Source: a virus (taxonomy: Duplodnaviria; Caudoviricetes). Taken from it: a stretch of DNA of 64,000 nucleotides. The DNA lies in the IMG/VR virus record IMGVR_UViG_3300033120_000804, positions 27,651-91,650 of that record. The stretch is one strand, 5' to 3'. Shown piece by piece: positions 20,630 through 30,137 of this stretch. Position numbers and translations under genes: made by a program. The notes under the pieces were generated by a model. That model was not told the origin of the DNA. It was given only the letters and a program-made list of their open reading frames with translations, and did not search any database. Position 1 is the stretch's first letter. Every line of letters starts with the position of its first letter.

Positions 20630-21055
20630 TTAACTAAAATGAAGTTCTAAAAACTCATTTAATTTATTACTTGTTTCCTTTATTTCATATAAATGACTCC
20701 TTACATCACCTTCTAAATACCAAACTACATACCCACGATTAGTTCTGAGATCAAATCCTAAACCTGAGGCTTTATTCCTAAGAAATTTATCTCCTGTATA
20801 TTTAAGCCAATAATGTTTACCATTATTTTTAGTAGAATAATTTAATGTCTTCTCTAATTCTACTTCAATACAAAAAGGAATATTATCAAACCCATCTATT
20901 TCCCCATGTCTATCTATATCTAAAATAATATAATTTTCTGAAGGACAGATGGCTAATTGATAACCATCTGGTACTTTACCTTCAAAAAAAATATTGTCTG
21001 GTACTAAAGACCATTTTACAATTGGAGTCTTTTCTTTTAAAAGAAAACTTTTCAT
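20630..21055 (-). CDS. Prim-Pol (AEP, bifunctional primase/polymerase) catalytic domain
   Basis: ILDIDRH (DxD), STKNNGKHYW (T..G.H), DLRTNRGYVV. Confidence 0.8.
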   Translation of the reverse strand: MKSFLLKEKTPIVKWSLVPDNIFFEGKVPDGYQLAICPSENYIILDIDRHGEIDGFDNIPFCIEVELEKTLNYSTKNNGKHYWLKYTGDKFLRNKASGLGFDLRTNRGYVVWYLEGDVRSHLYEIKETSNKLNEFLELHFS

Positions 21056-21360
21056 TACATTTTATATCCTTTAGTATTAGATGGATTAGTCCACCAAGTA
21101 CCATAATTATTATCATAAGCATATTCAAATACTCTATATAACTCTGCACTATCATCAGCAGACAAAGGTAGAGATAAAAATTCTTCAATAGCTTCTTCTA
21201 CTTCCTCTACTTCATCAATATCTAGATATAATGCATAACCAGAAATTATAGTAAAATCATAGTTTCTTCTACCATCTCCAAATGTTAATCCATTATTTTT
21301 AATAAAGTTTATAAGAATAGTTTTATTATCTATTTCTACTTCTTCTTTTGTTTTACTCAT
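21055..21360 (-). CDS. Putative PriCT-like helical primase accessory domain
   Basis: F.DGRRN motif followed by helices, adjacent to Prim-Pol. Confidence 0.4.
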   Translation of the reverse strand: MSKTKEEVEIDNKTILINFIKNNGLTFGDGRRNYDFTIISGYALYLDIDEVEEVEEAIEEFLSLPLSADDSAELYRVFEYAYDNNYGTWWTNPSNTKGYKM

Positions 21361-21560
21361 AATGCTTTTGAATAAGGGTTATTTTCAATCCATTCTGACA
21401 AAAAAGCATCCAATTCAGAACCTTCTAAACCTAAGTCAGAAAATTCTTTGTTTTTAATTTTTGCCCAGTTTTCTTTTGTATTTGCTAAATTTCCACTACT
21501 TCCAGAATTATCATCTGCTTGTAATGATGCTAACAAATCTTTAATTGTTGGTCCTGCCAT
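21357..21560 (-). CDS. Small acidic hypothetical protein
   Basis: ORF track; coupled to its neighbours. Confidence 0.55.
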   Translation of the reverse strand: MAGPTIKDLLASLQADDNSGSSGNLANTKENWAKIKNKEFSDLGLEGSELDAFLSEWIENNPYSKAL

Positions 21561-21561
21561 A

Positions 21562-22308
21562 TTAAAATGATTTTACTTTTTCTTGTAATAGTATAATTTC
21601 TTCCTCAGTAATTTCATGAGTCTCTAACCATACATTACATATTTGTTTAACTTTTTCTAGATCTCCTTTATAATTCTTAAGTCTATCATCAAAATCAGTT
21701 GATTTAAATACTGATTTATAACTTAACATTTCATCAATGATCTCTATGTATTTCAATACTACTTTATCTGTATTGTAACCTCTTTTGTGGTATTTAAAAC
21801 ATCTTTCTAATTGTCTTAAAATTCTTGAACACTTCCACAAATCTAATTCATAAAAAGCAAGATTCCATTTATTCCAATCAGCTGCCATCCCTGGAGAATC
21901 TGATAAATCAAGTAATTTCTGACTTCTTATATCAAAAGCTTTAGCAATAATGTTCATATCAAAAGTAGATAATACACCAAAAGCATTTTGAGATTGTTTT
22001 TTAAATATGATATTTATATCAACGCAAAGATTATACTTAAATTTTATAGTTATTAATCCTAATTTATTTAAACTTGATTGTTTCTTATTAATATACTCAT
22101 CAAATTTCCATTGTTCAAGAGGATCTAATATTTGAAACAAATCATTATAGTGCATTGCAAAAAGTACTTTAGTTAAGGATTGTTCATTATAGACAAAAAG
22201 ATCTACATCTTGTCCTGGAAAATAATCTAATAAAGCACTGCCTGTAATACAACCATCAATAGGCTGACTTTTCAGCCAACCTATTGCGTTGTTTATTTGT
22301 TCTACCAT
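21562..22308 (-). CDS. Pol-beta superfamily nucleotidyltransferase
   Basis: ITGSALL…QDVDLFVY (hGS…DxD), later TFDMNI and R..KY..RGY. Confidence 0.72.
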   Translation of the reverse strand: MVEQINNAIGWLKSQPIDGCITGSALLDYFPGQDVDLFVYNEQSLTKVLFAMHYNDLFQILDPLEQWKFDEYINKKQSSLNKLGLITIKFKYNLCVDINIIFKKQSQNAFGVLSTFDMNIIAKAFDIRSQKLLDLSDSPGMAADWNKWNLAFYELDLWKCSRILRQLERCFKYHKRGYNTDKVVLKYIEIIDEMLSYKSVFKSTDFDDRLKNYKGDLEKVKQICNVWLETHEITEEEIILLQEKVKSF

Positions 22309-22799
22309 TATAGCAAATCAATAACTTCTTTTAATGATTCTTGAACATCTTTGATTGTATAAATTTTATTCAATTTAACAATACCATTTCCAAAAAACAA
22401 TCCATGTTCTTCAAACTCATTAATGATATTGAATTCTTGCATAAAATCATTAAGACGAGACACATTAGCCATCTCTTCTTGATTTTTAGTAAATGCAAGA
22501 GCTTCTTTCTTCAATTTCTCTGTAATGTCCCCTACAGCTTTCTTAGGCATATCAAAGAACTCCTTTTTAGCTTTACCTTGTAGTTTAGCCATTACTTCAG
22601 CTTTTACTTGGTCTATACTAGCAGAAGCAGCAGTATCTTTAAATGTCTTCCCTTTACATGCTGCTGCAAATTCAACAATAAATTCTGCACGTCGTTGAGC
22701 TGCTACAAAATCTGCATTTGTTACTGGGCTTTCATCTTTTGCAGATAAATAACCTCCATTAAGTAATTGAAGTCCGTCTTTTTTGATAAATTTTTCCAT
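22308..22799 (-). CDS. Hypothetical protein in the AAA/VWA operon
   Basis: ORF track. Confidence 0.6.
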   Translation of the reverse strand: MEKFIKKDGLQLLNGGYLSAKDESPVTNADFVAAQRRAEFIVEFAAACKGKTFKDTAASASIDQVKAEVMAKLQGKAKKEFFDMPKKAVGDITEKLKKEALAFTKNQEEMANVSRLNDFMQEFNIINEFEEHGLFFGNGIVKLNKIYTIKDVQESLKEVIDLL

Positions 22800-22811
22800 T
22801 TTAACTTTTTT

Positions 22812-23840
22812 TTATTTATTTAAATATTTCACCCAATCTTTAATATGTTCCGTTGTACTGGGTGTAAACCAACGAGCATAACCTGCTAAAGTATCATTTT
22901 TACGAGTATGGAAAGAAATTACTTTTTTAATTTCCCACTTGTTTAATTTTTGACCATCTACATCAGCAATTTTTTTTGTACCTGAATTATAAGTATTTCC
23001 CCAATCATGACCTGGATTATCTTCATCCCCAAATACAATAGCTGTTTCATATTTCCTAACTTCTGAACTTAATAATGCTTTAAAGTAAATTTGATCATTA
23101 TCCATTTCATTTTCTTCATAGATTGTATCTACATTTAATGTATGGATATTTTCATAAGTATATAATGTAGATTTAGAACCAGTGATCATTATATCTGCAT
23201 AAAAAGATTCACCTAAATGTTTAGCTAACATTAAACAGGTAGAAGATACTCCTCTAGGAATACTTCCTGAAATATCAATAATAATTAAATTTCTACTTGG
23301 AGAATTCATTTCTACTCCTCCATACATACCTCCTAATTTCTTATTGTACATTAAAGGATTATGTGTTGCAAAATTATGGATATTAGTACTAATAGCTTCT
23401 TCAATACTATTTAGCCATACAGGGAATACATTTAATTGTTTTAGTTTATCTACATCAACAATAGCAGCATTATCCTTTAAAAAGGATTTAATTGAGCCTT
23501 TTCCTTCAAAATTTGATTTTACTTCTTTAGGTTCATCAGTTAACCAATATTCTTCATCTGATTCTTTATAACTAAAACATTCTAGTCCTCCAAAGCCATA
23601 TGATTCCATATCAAGAAATCCTGCATCCTTTAAAATTTGTTTAAAATTAAAAGGATAACCAGTTGCTACTGCTTTTTGATATAGAACCTCATATTCTAAT
23701 ATCCTTAAATAGTCATCATACTTAGATTCCTCACCATAAAAAAAAGGAACACCTATTGGTAATTCCTCTAATTCTTCTCTATTTGTAATAAAGAAGATTT
23801 TTGGTAATGGAATCTTTTTTTTACTTTCAAATAATCTCAT
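22812..23840 (-). CDS. VWA-domain protein
   Basis: LIIIDISGSI MIDAS (DxSxS) plus IVFGD; directly follows the MoxR-like ATPase. Confidence 0.75.
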   Translation of the reverse strand: MRLFESKKKIPLPKIFFITNREELEELPIGVPFFYGEESKYDDYLRILEYEVLYQKAVATGYPFNFKQILKDAGFLDMESYGFGGLECFSYKESDEEYWLTDEPKEVKSNFEGKGSIKSFLKDNAAIVDVDKLKQLNVFPVWLNSIEEAISTNIHNFATHNPLMYNKKLGGMYGGVEMNSPSRNLIIIDISGSIPRGVSSTCLMLAKHLGESFYADIMITGSKSTLYTYENIHTLNVDTIYEENEMDNDQIYFKALLSSEVRKYETAIVFGDEDNPGHDWGNTYNSGTKKIADVDGQKLNKWEIKKVISFHTRKNDTLAGYARWFTPSTTEHIKDWVKYLNK

Positions 23841-25771
23841 TCTTCATGTGTTTTACTAAATCTAACCAAGGCATCATTTCATTTGGAGCAAATGATTCAC
23901 CATTAGGCAGTTTTATGTTTTTCTTTGTTGTGTTTTTAATAGGAAGATTTAAAATAGGCATTAGTTTCTCTTCATATGGTGTTGGGCACTCTGCTATAAT
24001 CATTGAAATAGCTTTGTCTAAACTTCTTGGTGTGTCGAAATTTCTACCTGCAAAATCTTCTTCTTTAATAAGCTTTACTAAGCTTGTTACTTGTTTGGCT
24101 GTAAGCATATATTTTTCCATGATGTAGTTTTTAAACATATCAGGGTCAAATATAATAGGATACCAAACAAACCTTTCTTTAATTTGAGGAGTTAAAGGGC
24201 TCATTCCTTGTTCATTAGCAGCAGCTACAATCATAATATTAGGCAAAGATTTACCTGAAATCATTCTTCTGTTTTCCAATACAGTTAAACAAGCTGCTAA
24301 TACAGTAGGATTACCATTTAATAATTCATCAAAAAACAAAATATCTCCGTCTACTAAACTATCTAATTTATCAAAATTATAATAAATCATTTGTTTAAGA
24401 TCTTTATCTGGCCATTATGTTCACTTAGAGACGTTAATTCTAAGCAGTTAATTTAATAACATCTGTATCTTTCAATACAGTTCAGACTATATCTTGATCT
24501 CATAGAGATCTGTGTATTTCCATTCACTTGAATGTACTCCTTGCTAAAGGATAGTCGTTGAACGTTTCCCATTTTAAAGGGACTCCGCTGCTGATTGCCC
24601 ATTCGACATCTTAATAATTTTCAAACATTCACGCTTACTCTTTGGAGTTACGTTGTAGTTTATTAAGCTTTAGGGGTTTCCAGCAATTAACACAATATCA
24701 AATATACATCACTGTATATTAGGACGCTATAAGTGTTTTGCTTGCATAAAATTGCAAATATTTTTGATATTTTCGGTTAAGATATATATTTGAATCTTTG
24801 TAAATCCAATTTAGAAATAAACAAATATCATATCTTGAGAAACAAAGTTCTGCTACTTTATTTTTATATCTAATTCTTGTTTTTATATTAAATTTTTCTA
24901 ACAAGAAATCGGATAATTTTTCACAAAATAATGTACTAGAAGTAATTGAAATATCTTTTTCACCTAACCAACCATCGCCATCAAAAAAACCTCTTAAATA
25001 GTCTTTAAATAGTTCTTCTGGTACTTGTTCAGTTGTTGGTAAATCCAAATTAAATGTTTTTCTAGGAATACATCCTAATTCATTTAACCTATCAGATATT
25101 CTTTTATTTGAAATTTGCAAACCATATTGATCTGTTCCAGATGTCTTTCTGCAAAAAGTTAAAGGTTTATCTGGTTGAAGTAAATTATTTAATTTTACTA
25201 AAACTTCTTTATCAGATTCTTTTAAAAACATACTAACTTTAGTGTTATTCATGTGATTACAACCATCTGCACAAAGAAATCCAAGAAAATAAGCTTTTTC
25301 TTCACAATCAATTTTATCAAAGTAGTATTGATTTATATCATACTTTCTAAAATGATTTTCTTTTCTTTTACCTTTTAATCCCTCTCTATTCAAAAGACAT
25401 GCTATTGAGCTTATGGACTTACCAAACTTATCTGCAAGTTCTTTGTAAGTATACTGATAAGTATTATACATTTCAAATAATTCTTCTTTTTCTTCTTTTG
25501 TTAACCTATTTTGTTTCATGTTGTAAATATACAACAAAAACCTATTAATATCAAATTAAAACCTTATTTATTTCATCGCGATACCACTAATTTCAAAAGG
25601 AGACATTTGTGAAGTAATAAACTCAACTAACTTCACACCTTTTTCTTTTGCAAATTGCTCTATCAATTTAGTTTTTCCTAATCCAGGATTCCCAATAAAT
25701 AATGGAACAATTGTTTTTCTTAATTCTTCATTTTCATATACTCTTTGAAGTACGCTTGTTATATTCTTCAT
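23827..25771 (-). CDS. MoxR-like AAA+ ATPase, two exons (25771-25575 and 24412-23827)
   Basis: Exon 1 has GNPGLGKT and ends ISGIA-AT. Exon 2 starts G-CCA (M-P-D-K) and has LFFDELLNG, VAAAN, ERF, TPRS. Confidence 0.88.
24413..25574 (-). mobile_element. Group I intron in the MoxR-like ATPase gene
   Basis: 5' exon ends in U and the intron ends in G. Core on the minus strand: TAATTGCTGGAAA, AATCAGCAG, GTTCAACGACT, AAGATATAGTCTGA. Splicing restores the frame. Confidence 0.92.
24719..25537 (-). CDS. Intron-encoded LAGLIDADG homing endonuclease
   Basis: YFLGFLCADG and YLRGFFDGDG motifs. Confidence 0.92.
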   Translation of the reverse strand: MLYIYNMKQNRLTKEEKEELFEMYNTYQYTYKELADKFGKSISSIACLLNREGLKGKRKENHFRKYDINQYYFDKIDCEEKAYFLGFLCADGCNHMNNTKVSMFLKESDKEVLVKLNNLLQPDKPLTFCRKTSGTDQYGLQISNKRISDRLNELGCIPRKTFNLDLPTTEQVPEELFKDYLRGFFDGDGWLGEKDISITSSTLFCEKLSDFLLEKFNIKTRIRYKNKVAELCFSRYDICLFLNWIYKDSNIYLNRKYQKYLQFYASKTLIAS

Positions 25772-26225
25772 TTATTTTATTTATATTAATCTTTATATTC
25801 TAATTTATATGGTTTATAAATACTATCCCATAATTTTCTTTTAGCTTTATTAAATTGAATTCTTTTATCTTCTATAGATTCCATTAGTACAAATGATTCT
25901 TTTAATTTATCTAATGTTAATGGACTAGAATCCCAAATAAGCTTTTTACTTGTTCTATTTATATAGGCTATTAATCCCTCATCTTTTCTTCTTCTTGGTG
26001 TTCTTGGTCTAGGATAATATTCTTTATATAATTTTTGAAACTCAGATCTATATTTTTTATGAATTTTTACTGGTATTTGTTTATACAGTGTTTCCCAAGG
26101 AAAATAATTAGGATTATTAGTTATAATTTCATCTAATTGATTAGCTAGATCTTGTCCAACTGGACTTCCACTAGCTAATACAACAAATACAAATAGTACC
26201 TCATTAGGTATATTTTTATAATCCA

Positions 26226-26687
26226 TTACTTTTTAAGATTATTTCTTATTTCTTCAATAAATTCTACAATCCATTCATAACCAGCATCTACTCTTTTTCC
26301 ACTGTATTCATAATAATGACAAAAAGGTAGAGTACTTACTTGTAGTTCTTTTTTAAATCCAGGAAAAGTATCTAATTTAATAGTAATTGCTTCCTTAATA
26401 CAATTCTTAAACTCTTCTGAATTCTCTTCTAAAAATCTTTTAGTAGAAAATAGATCAAACACTGTTAATTCTCTACCTAATTGTTTAGCTTTATATCCAT
26501 GTAATTCTTTTAGTCTATTATCTCTAGTAATTAACCAATACCAGTATCCTTCTATTGATTTAAAATTACCATGATTAGGTATTTCAATTGGAGTGTAAGC
26601 AAAATTACTTAAAAATTTTCCTAGATTAGTTTTAGCTTTAGAATAGATATTAATATGTGTTACTCCATCTTCTCCTTCTATAATCAT
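26226..26687 (-). CDS. NADAR-like protein (T4 gp30.3-like)
   Basis: LGKFLSNF…F.SIEGYW…G..AKQLGR pattern. Confidence 0.6.
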   Translation of the reverse strand: MIIEGEDGVTHINIYSKAKTNLGKFLSNFAYTPIEIPNHGNFKSIEGYWYWLITRDNRLKELHGYKAKQLGRELTVFDLFSTKRFLEENSEEFKNCIKEAITIKLDTFPGFKKELQVSTLPFCHYYEYSGKRVDAGYEWIVEFIEEIRNNLKK

Positions 26688-26951
26688 TTGTCTAGTTTTA
26701 TTTTAAAGTCAGGTATTTTTATTCTTTCTTTGTTTAACTTTTGAACATTGTATAAATACTCAGTAATACAATATTTACCAAAAGTTATATAATTAATGAA
26801 TTTATGATACCATTTATTGTTCTTTACAATAGGTCCATCTGTAACTATTAAATCAAAGCTATCATTTGATTGTAATAAATCACTTTCAGTAAATACACCT
26901 TTATTTAAAGTTATTTTAAAACAACTTTCAGCTAATCCAAATAGTTTTTCT

Positions 26952-28088
26952 TTATTTTCCACTTTCTATTAAATAACGATATTGGATAAAACCTTTGAAA
27001 TTATTACACCAAGCTGCATAAGGATAATAAGTTTCACTTACATTTTCTAATTCTGTAAAATAATCATTTCCTTCTTTTGAAATATTTCTTTCTCCCTTAA
27101 AAAATCTTCCATATTCTTCATCACTCATAGCTTTAGCGCAATGTTCAAATGGTGAATAGTGTCCGTCTTTCAATAGTATATCATGCAGTTTAATATCAGC
27201 TTCATAGTCAATTTTAGGATTGTCACCTAAAGTTTGATAGGATAATCTAGCACACCTGGCAGTAGAAATTTTTAATTTTTGTAAATTCTGCAATTCTTTA
27301 ACTTGTTCTTTTCCATCTAAAAGTTCATTTGGAACATACATAAACGTCTGTCCATCTTCTTTAACTTTATGAAAAATTACAGAAGGATCAATGTTATCTC
27401 CATAAGGAATATGCCACTCTCCAGGTTGTAATTCTTTTGGTGTACTTTCATTATAAGCATCCCACATAGCTTCAGCCAAAGCCATCATATGAATTTCTGA
27501 TTGACCTTCATTCATTAATAGCCATTTTACAGTACTCCAATCTTCAACGTTCATATTTTCAGAAACATGAGTACTAGTAAAAGTAGGATTCCAAAATTTA
27601 TTTACAAAGTCTTTTTTACTTTTATAGTATTTATTTTCTGGTTCAGCATAGTAAAGAGGGCATCTAATATTAAAGAAATTTTCAAATTCAGTAGAAGTGA
27701 TTAAAACTTTATGCCACATAAATGGTTCAAGTAACCGATTACAAAGCTGTTTAGTTACTCTACTATTTAAAAATTTAGCTTGTTTAATAGCTTGAATACC
27801 TGCTTCTTTCCAATTATAAATAGCATAATCTATGTCACTTTGGTTAGTTAAATATTCAGTGCCTTGCATACCTTTATGGTCTTTTTGCCAAGCAATTGGA
27901 ATAAAAGGATTTTCTTCTACTGATTTTAGCATTTTTTCAAATGGAATAGCTCTACTTGATGCTGAATTTCTACTAAATAATCTATGTGTATTTAATTCTG
28001 CTAAAATAAATCTAGGAAATACAACTTCCATTGTAGTAATTCTATTTCCGTTACAAATTGAATCAGCTACTATTTTTGCACTAATCAT
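26952..28088 (-). CDS. thyX: FAD-dependent thymidylate synthase
   Basis: RFILAELNTHRLFSRNSASSRA, KQLCNRLLEPF, H.SPFEH. Confidence 0.9.
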   Translation of the reverse strand: MISAKIVADSICNGNRITTMEVVFPRFILAELNTHRLFSRNSASSRAIPFEKMLKSVEENPFIPIAWQKDHKGMQGTEYLTNQSDIDYAIYNWKEAGIQAIKQAKFLNSRVTKQLCNRLLEPFMWHKVLITSTEFENFFNIRCPLYYAEPENKYYKSKKDFVNKFWNPTFTSTHVSENMNVEDWSTVKWLLMNEGQSEIHMMALAEAMWDAYNESTPKELQPGEWHIPYGDNIDPSVIFHKVKEDGQTFMYVPNELLDGKEQVKELQNLQKLKISTARCARLSYQTLGDNPKIDYEADIKLHDILLKDGHYSPFEHCAKAMSDEEYGRFFKGERNISKEGNDYFTELENVSETYYPYAAWCNNFKGFIQYRYLIESGK

Positions 28089-28660
28089 ATTTATTTCTTA
28101 CGTTTAAATAACACCTTAATAAAATTAGGTATTGTAGTAGGCAATTCTTTATTCTGTTTTTGTGCTTCTTCAAATAATTTAAAAAATCCTCTTAAAGTAT
28201 TTTCATTTTTTAAACTATATGGTTTTTGAAATCCATTTTTCATAATTAATCAATAATGTTTAATTGTTTTAATATTTTACTTAATTCACTTTTATTTTTA
28301 ATATACCCATCAAAGATTTGCACATATTTAATTTCATTATCTACATCAAAACCTATTCTTACTCTATAAGATTCTTTATTAAAATAAAGTTGATATTTAT
28401 CTTTTTGATATTTATCTGTTCTAGTAGTTAGCATTAAAATATATTTAAATCTAAATTCTTCAATATTTTCTTGATCTAAGTATTTAACTCTAGTATTATT
28501 AGGAATAGTTAACCCTCTTTCTACATAAGTCAAATCATTAATAGAATCAACTGTAGCTTTTTGCCATTTTAAATTAGATATATCTTTTACTGTGCCATCA
28601 TGATTTTTATATTCATATTCAAATCCAATACAAAATTCATTTATTATAGGTATATAATAT

Positions 28661-29017
28661 TTATTTTCCATCATCTTTTTCCATTAATTTTAATTCTTCT
28701 AATGTAGTTTCTATACCTACATGTTTCTGATAATGAGGAGTTTCTTCTCCTTTTGTAATTTGAAAAGAACTAACTTCATCAAAATAAGCATACAAATAAG
28801 TAACTCTATCATAATTAACTGAATAAAGTGGAGGCTCAATTCCTAATCTAAATAACTCCTCTCTAATAGATCTAGAAAGTTCAATATCCCCATTTACTTT
28901 AAATTTCATTGTATTTCTAATAGGTATAGTATTTTTGATATTTTCTTCTATATATTCTAAATCTTCTTTCTGTAAAGAGATCAGTAATTTTCTTATTTCT
29001 CTATTACTATTTTTCAT
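28661..29017 (-). CDS. Hypothetical protein sharing its N-terminal motif with the DGR target paralogs
   Basis: IRKLLISLQKED, compared with IFKLLKSAQKDE and IQKLLRSLQEDE. Confidence 0.55.
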   Translation of the reverse strand: MKNSNREIRKLLISLQKEDLEYIEENIKNTIPIRNTMKFKVNGDIELSRSIREELFRLGIEPPLYSVNYDRVTYLYAYFDEVSSFQITKGEETPHYQKHVGIETTLEELKLMEKDDGK

Positions 29018-29023
29018 ATTTTA

Positions 29024-29485
29024 CTATTTAATATTATAAAAATCTTTATAAATATCTAAAAAAGTATCTCCTACAAAAACAGTATGTTCTGTACAACTAA
29101 AATAAACACAATGTCCATATAAATTTACAGTATCAGTTATGTATGAGTTATACTTAAATTTATCTTCTACTATTTGAAAAGAAGGATAGTATTTTAATAT
29201 TCGCTTATCTAAAAAATCTAATTCCAAATCTTTATTAAAAAAACTTTCAATTTGATTTAACCTTTCTTGTGCACATAATTTTTTAGGATTAATAAAATCT
29301 ATAAACTCTGACTCATGCCAATATCTTAAACCAGTAACCTTACAAAACTCTTTGTAATTTTTTACATTCTCCATTACATATTCTATAGTAACATCTTTAA
29401 AACCAATTGTTTCTTTTGGAATATCTTCTATTTTTTCATCTTTTTGAGCAGATTTTAATAATTTAAATATTTCTTTATTTTTCAT
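29024..29485 (-). CDS. Paralog of the DGR target protein (no longer TR-matched)
   Basis: ENVKNYKEFCKVTGL…AQE.L.QIE..F…YYP.F… aligns with 29676-30137. Confidence 0.8.
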   Translation of the reverse strand: MKNKEIFKLLKSAQKDEKIEDIPKETIGFKDVTIEYVMENVKNYKEFCKVTGLRYWHESEFIDFINPKKLCAQERLNQIESFFNKDLELDFLDKRILKYYPSFQIVEDKFKYNSYITDTVNLYGHCVYFSCTEHTVFVGDTFLDIYKDFYNIK

Positions 29486-29592
29486 TAATTTACTTTTTAT
29501 AAATCTTCTTCAATATTTTAATATTTACCAAAGCTTTTTAGTATCTTGATTTTTTGCCAAGAGGCAGGGTTTTCACTTAATTTGTAAGTAAA

Positions 29593-29653
29593 AGGTGACT
29601 ACGTCATTAGTATAATCATGATTATCATTGTAATCATTGAAGACTAACTCACT
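29593..29653 (-). repeat. DGR template repeat (TR)
   Basis: 61 nt aligning without gaps to 29747-29807; all 18 mismatches are at TR adenines (minus strand). Followed by the CCCTGCCTCTTGGCAAAAAAT spacer-like motif. Confidence 0.93.
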
Positions 29654-29675
29654 AAAAAGTCTAAATGAAAACCTG

Positions 29676-30137
29676 TTAAAGAATATCTTTGTATAAATCT
29701 ATATATGTTTTTCCTACATAAGTAGCAATCTCTTTAGTCTCAAAGCAGGCGACCACGCCAAAAGTACAAACAAGAGCAACATAGCAAACATGGAAGACCA
29801 ACCCACCACTCTTATTTATATTAAAATAAGGATAATATTTATATTGAGAATGATTACTCCAATCTTTTTTCCAGTTTTGACCAAAATAATGCTCAATTTG
29901 AGCTAACTTCTCTTGTGCAAGTGCTTTAGTTGGATTAGTTTTAGTTAAAAATTCTACTGCTAACCATTCTTTTAATCCCGTAACTTTACAGAATGCTTTA
30001 TAGTCTTTTACATTTTCAATAATATAATTGAAATCAACTTTCTTAATTTCAGTTTCTTTTTTAATTTCTATTTTCTCATCTTCTTCATCTTCCTGTAGTG
30101 ATCTAAGTAATTTTTGTATATTATATTTTTCTTTCAT
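29676..30137 (-). CDS. DGR target protein with C-terminal variable region
   Basis: Contains the VR near its C-terminus (GGLVFHVCYVALVCTFGVVA). Confidence 0.88.
   Translation of the reverse strand: MKEKYNIQKLLRSLQEDEEDEKIEIKKETEIKKVDFNYIIENVKDYKAFCKVTGLKEWLAVEFLTKTNPTKALAQEKLAQIEHYFGQNWKKDWSNHSQYKYYPYFNINKSGGLVFHVCYVALVCTFGVVACFETKEIATYVGKTYIDLYKDIL
29747..29807 (-). repeat. DGR variable repeat (VR)
   Basis: A-to-N diverged copy of the TR. Confidence 0.93.
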
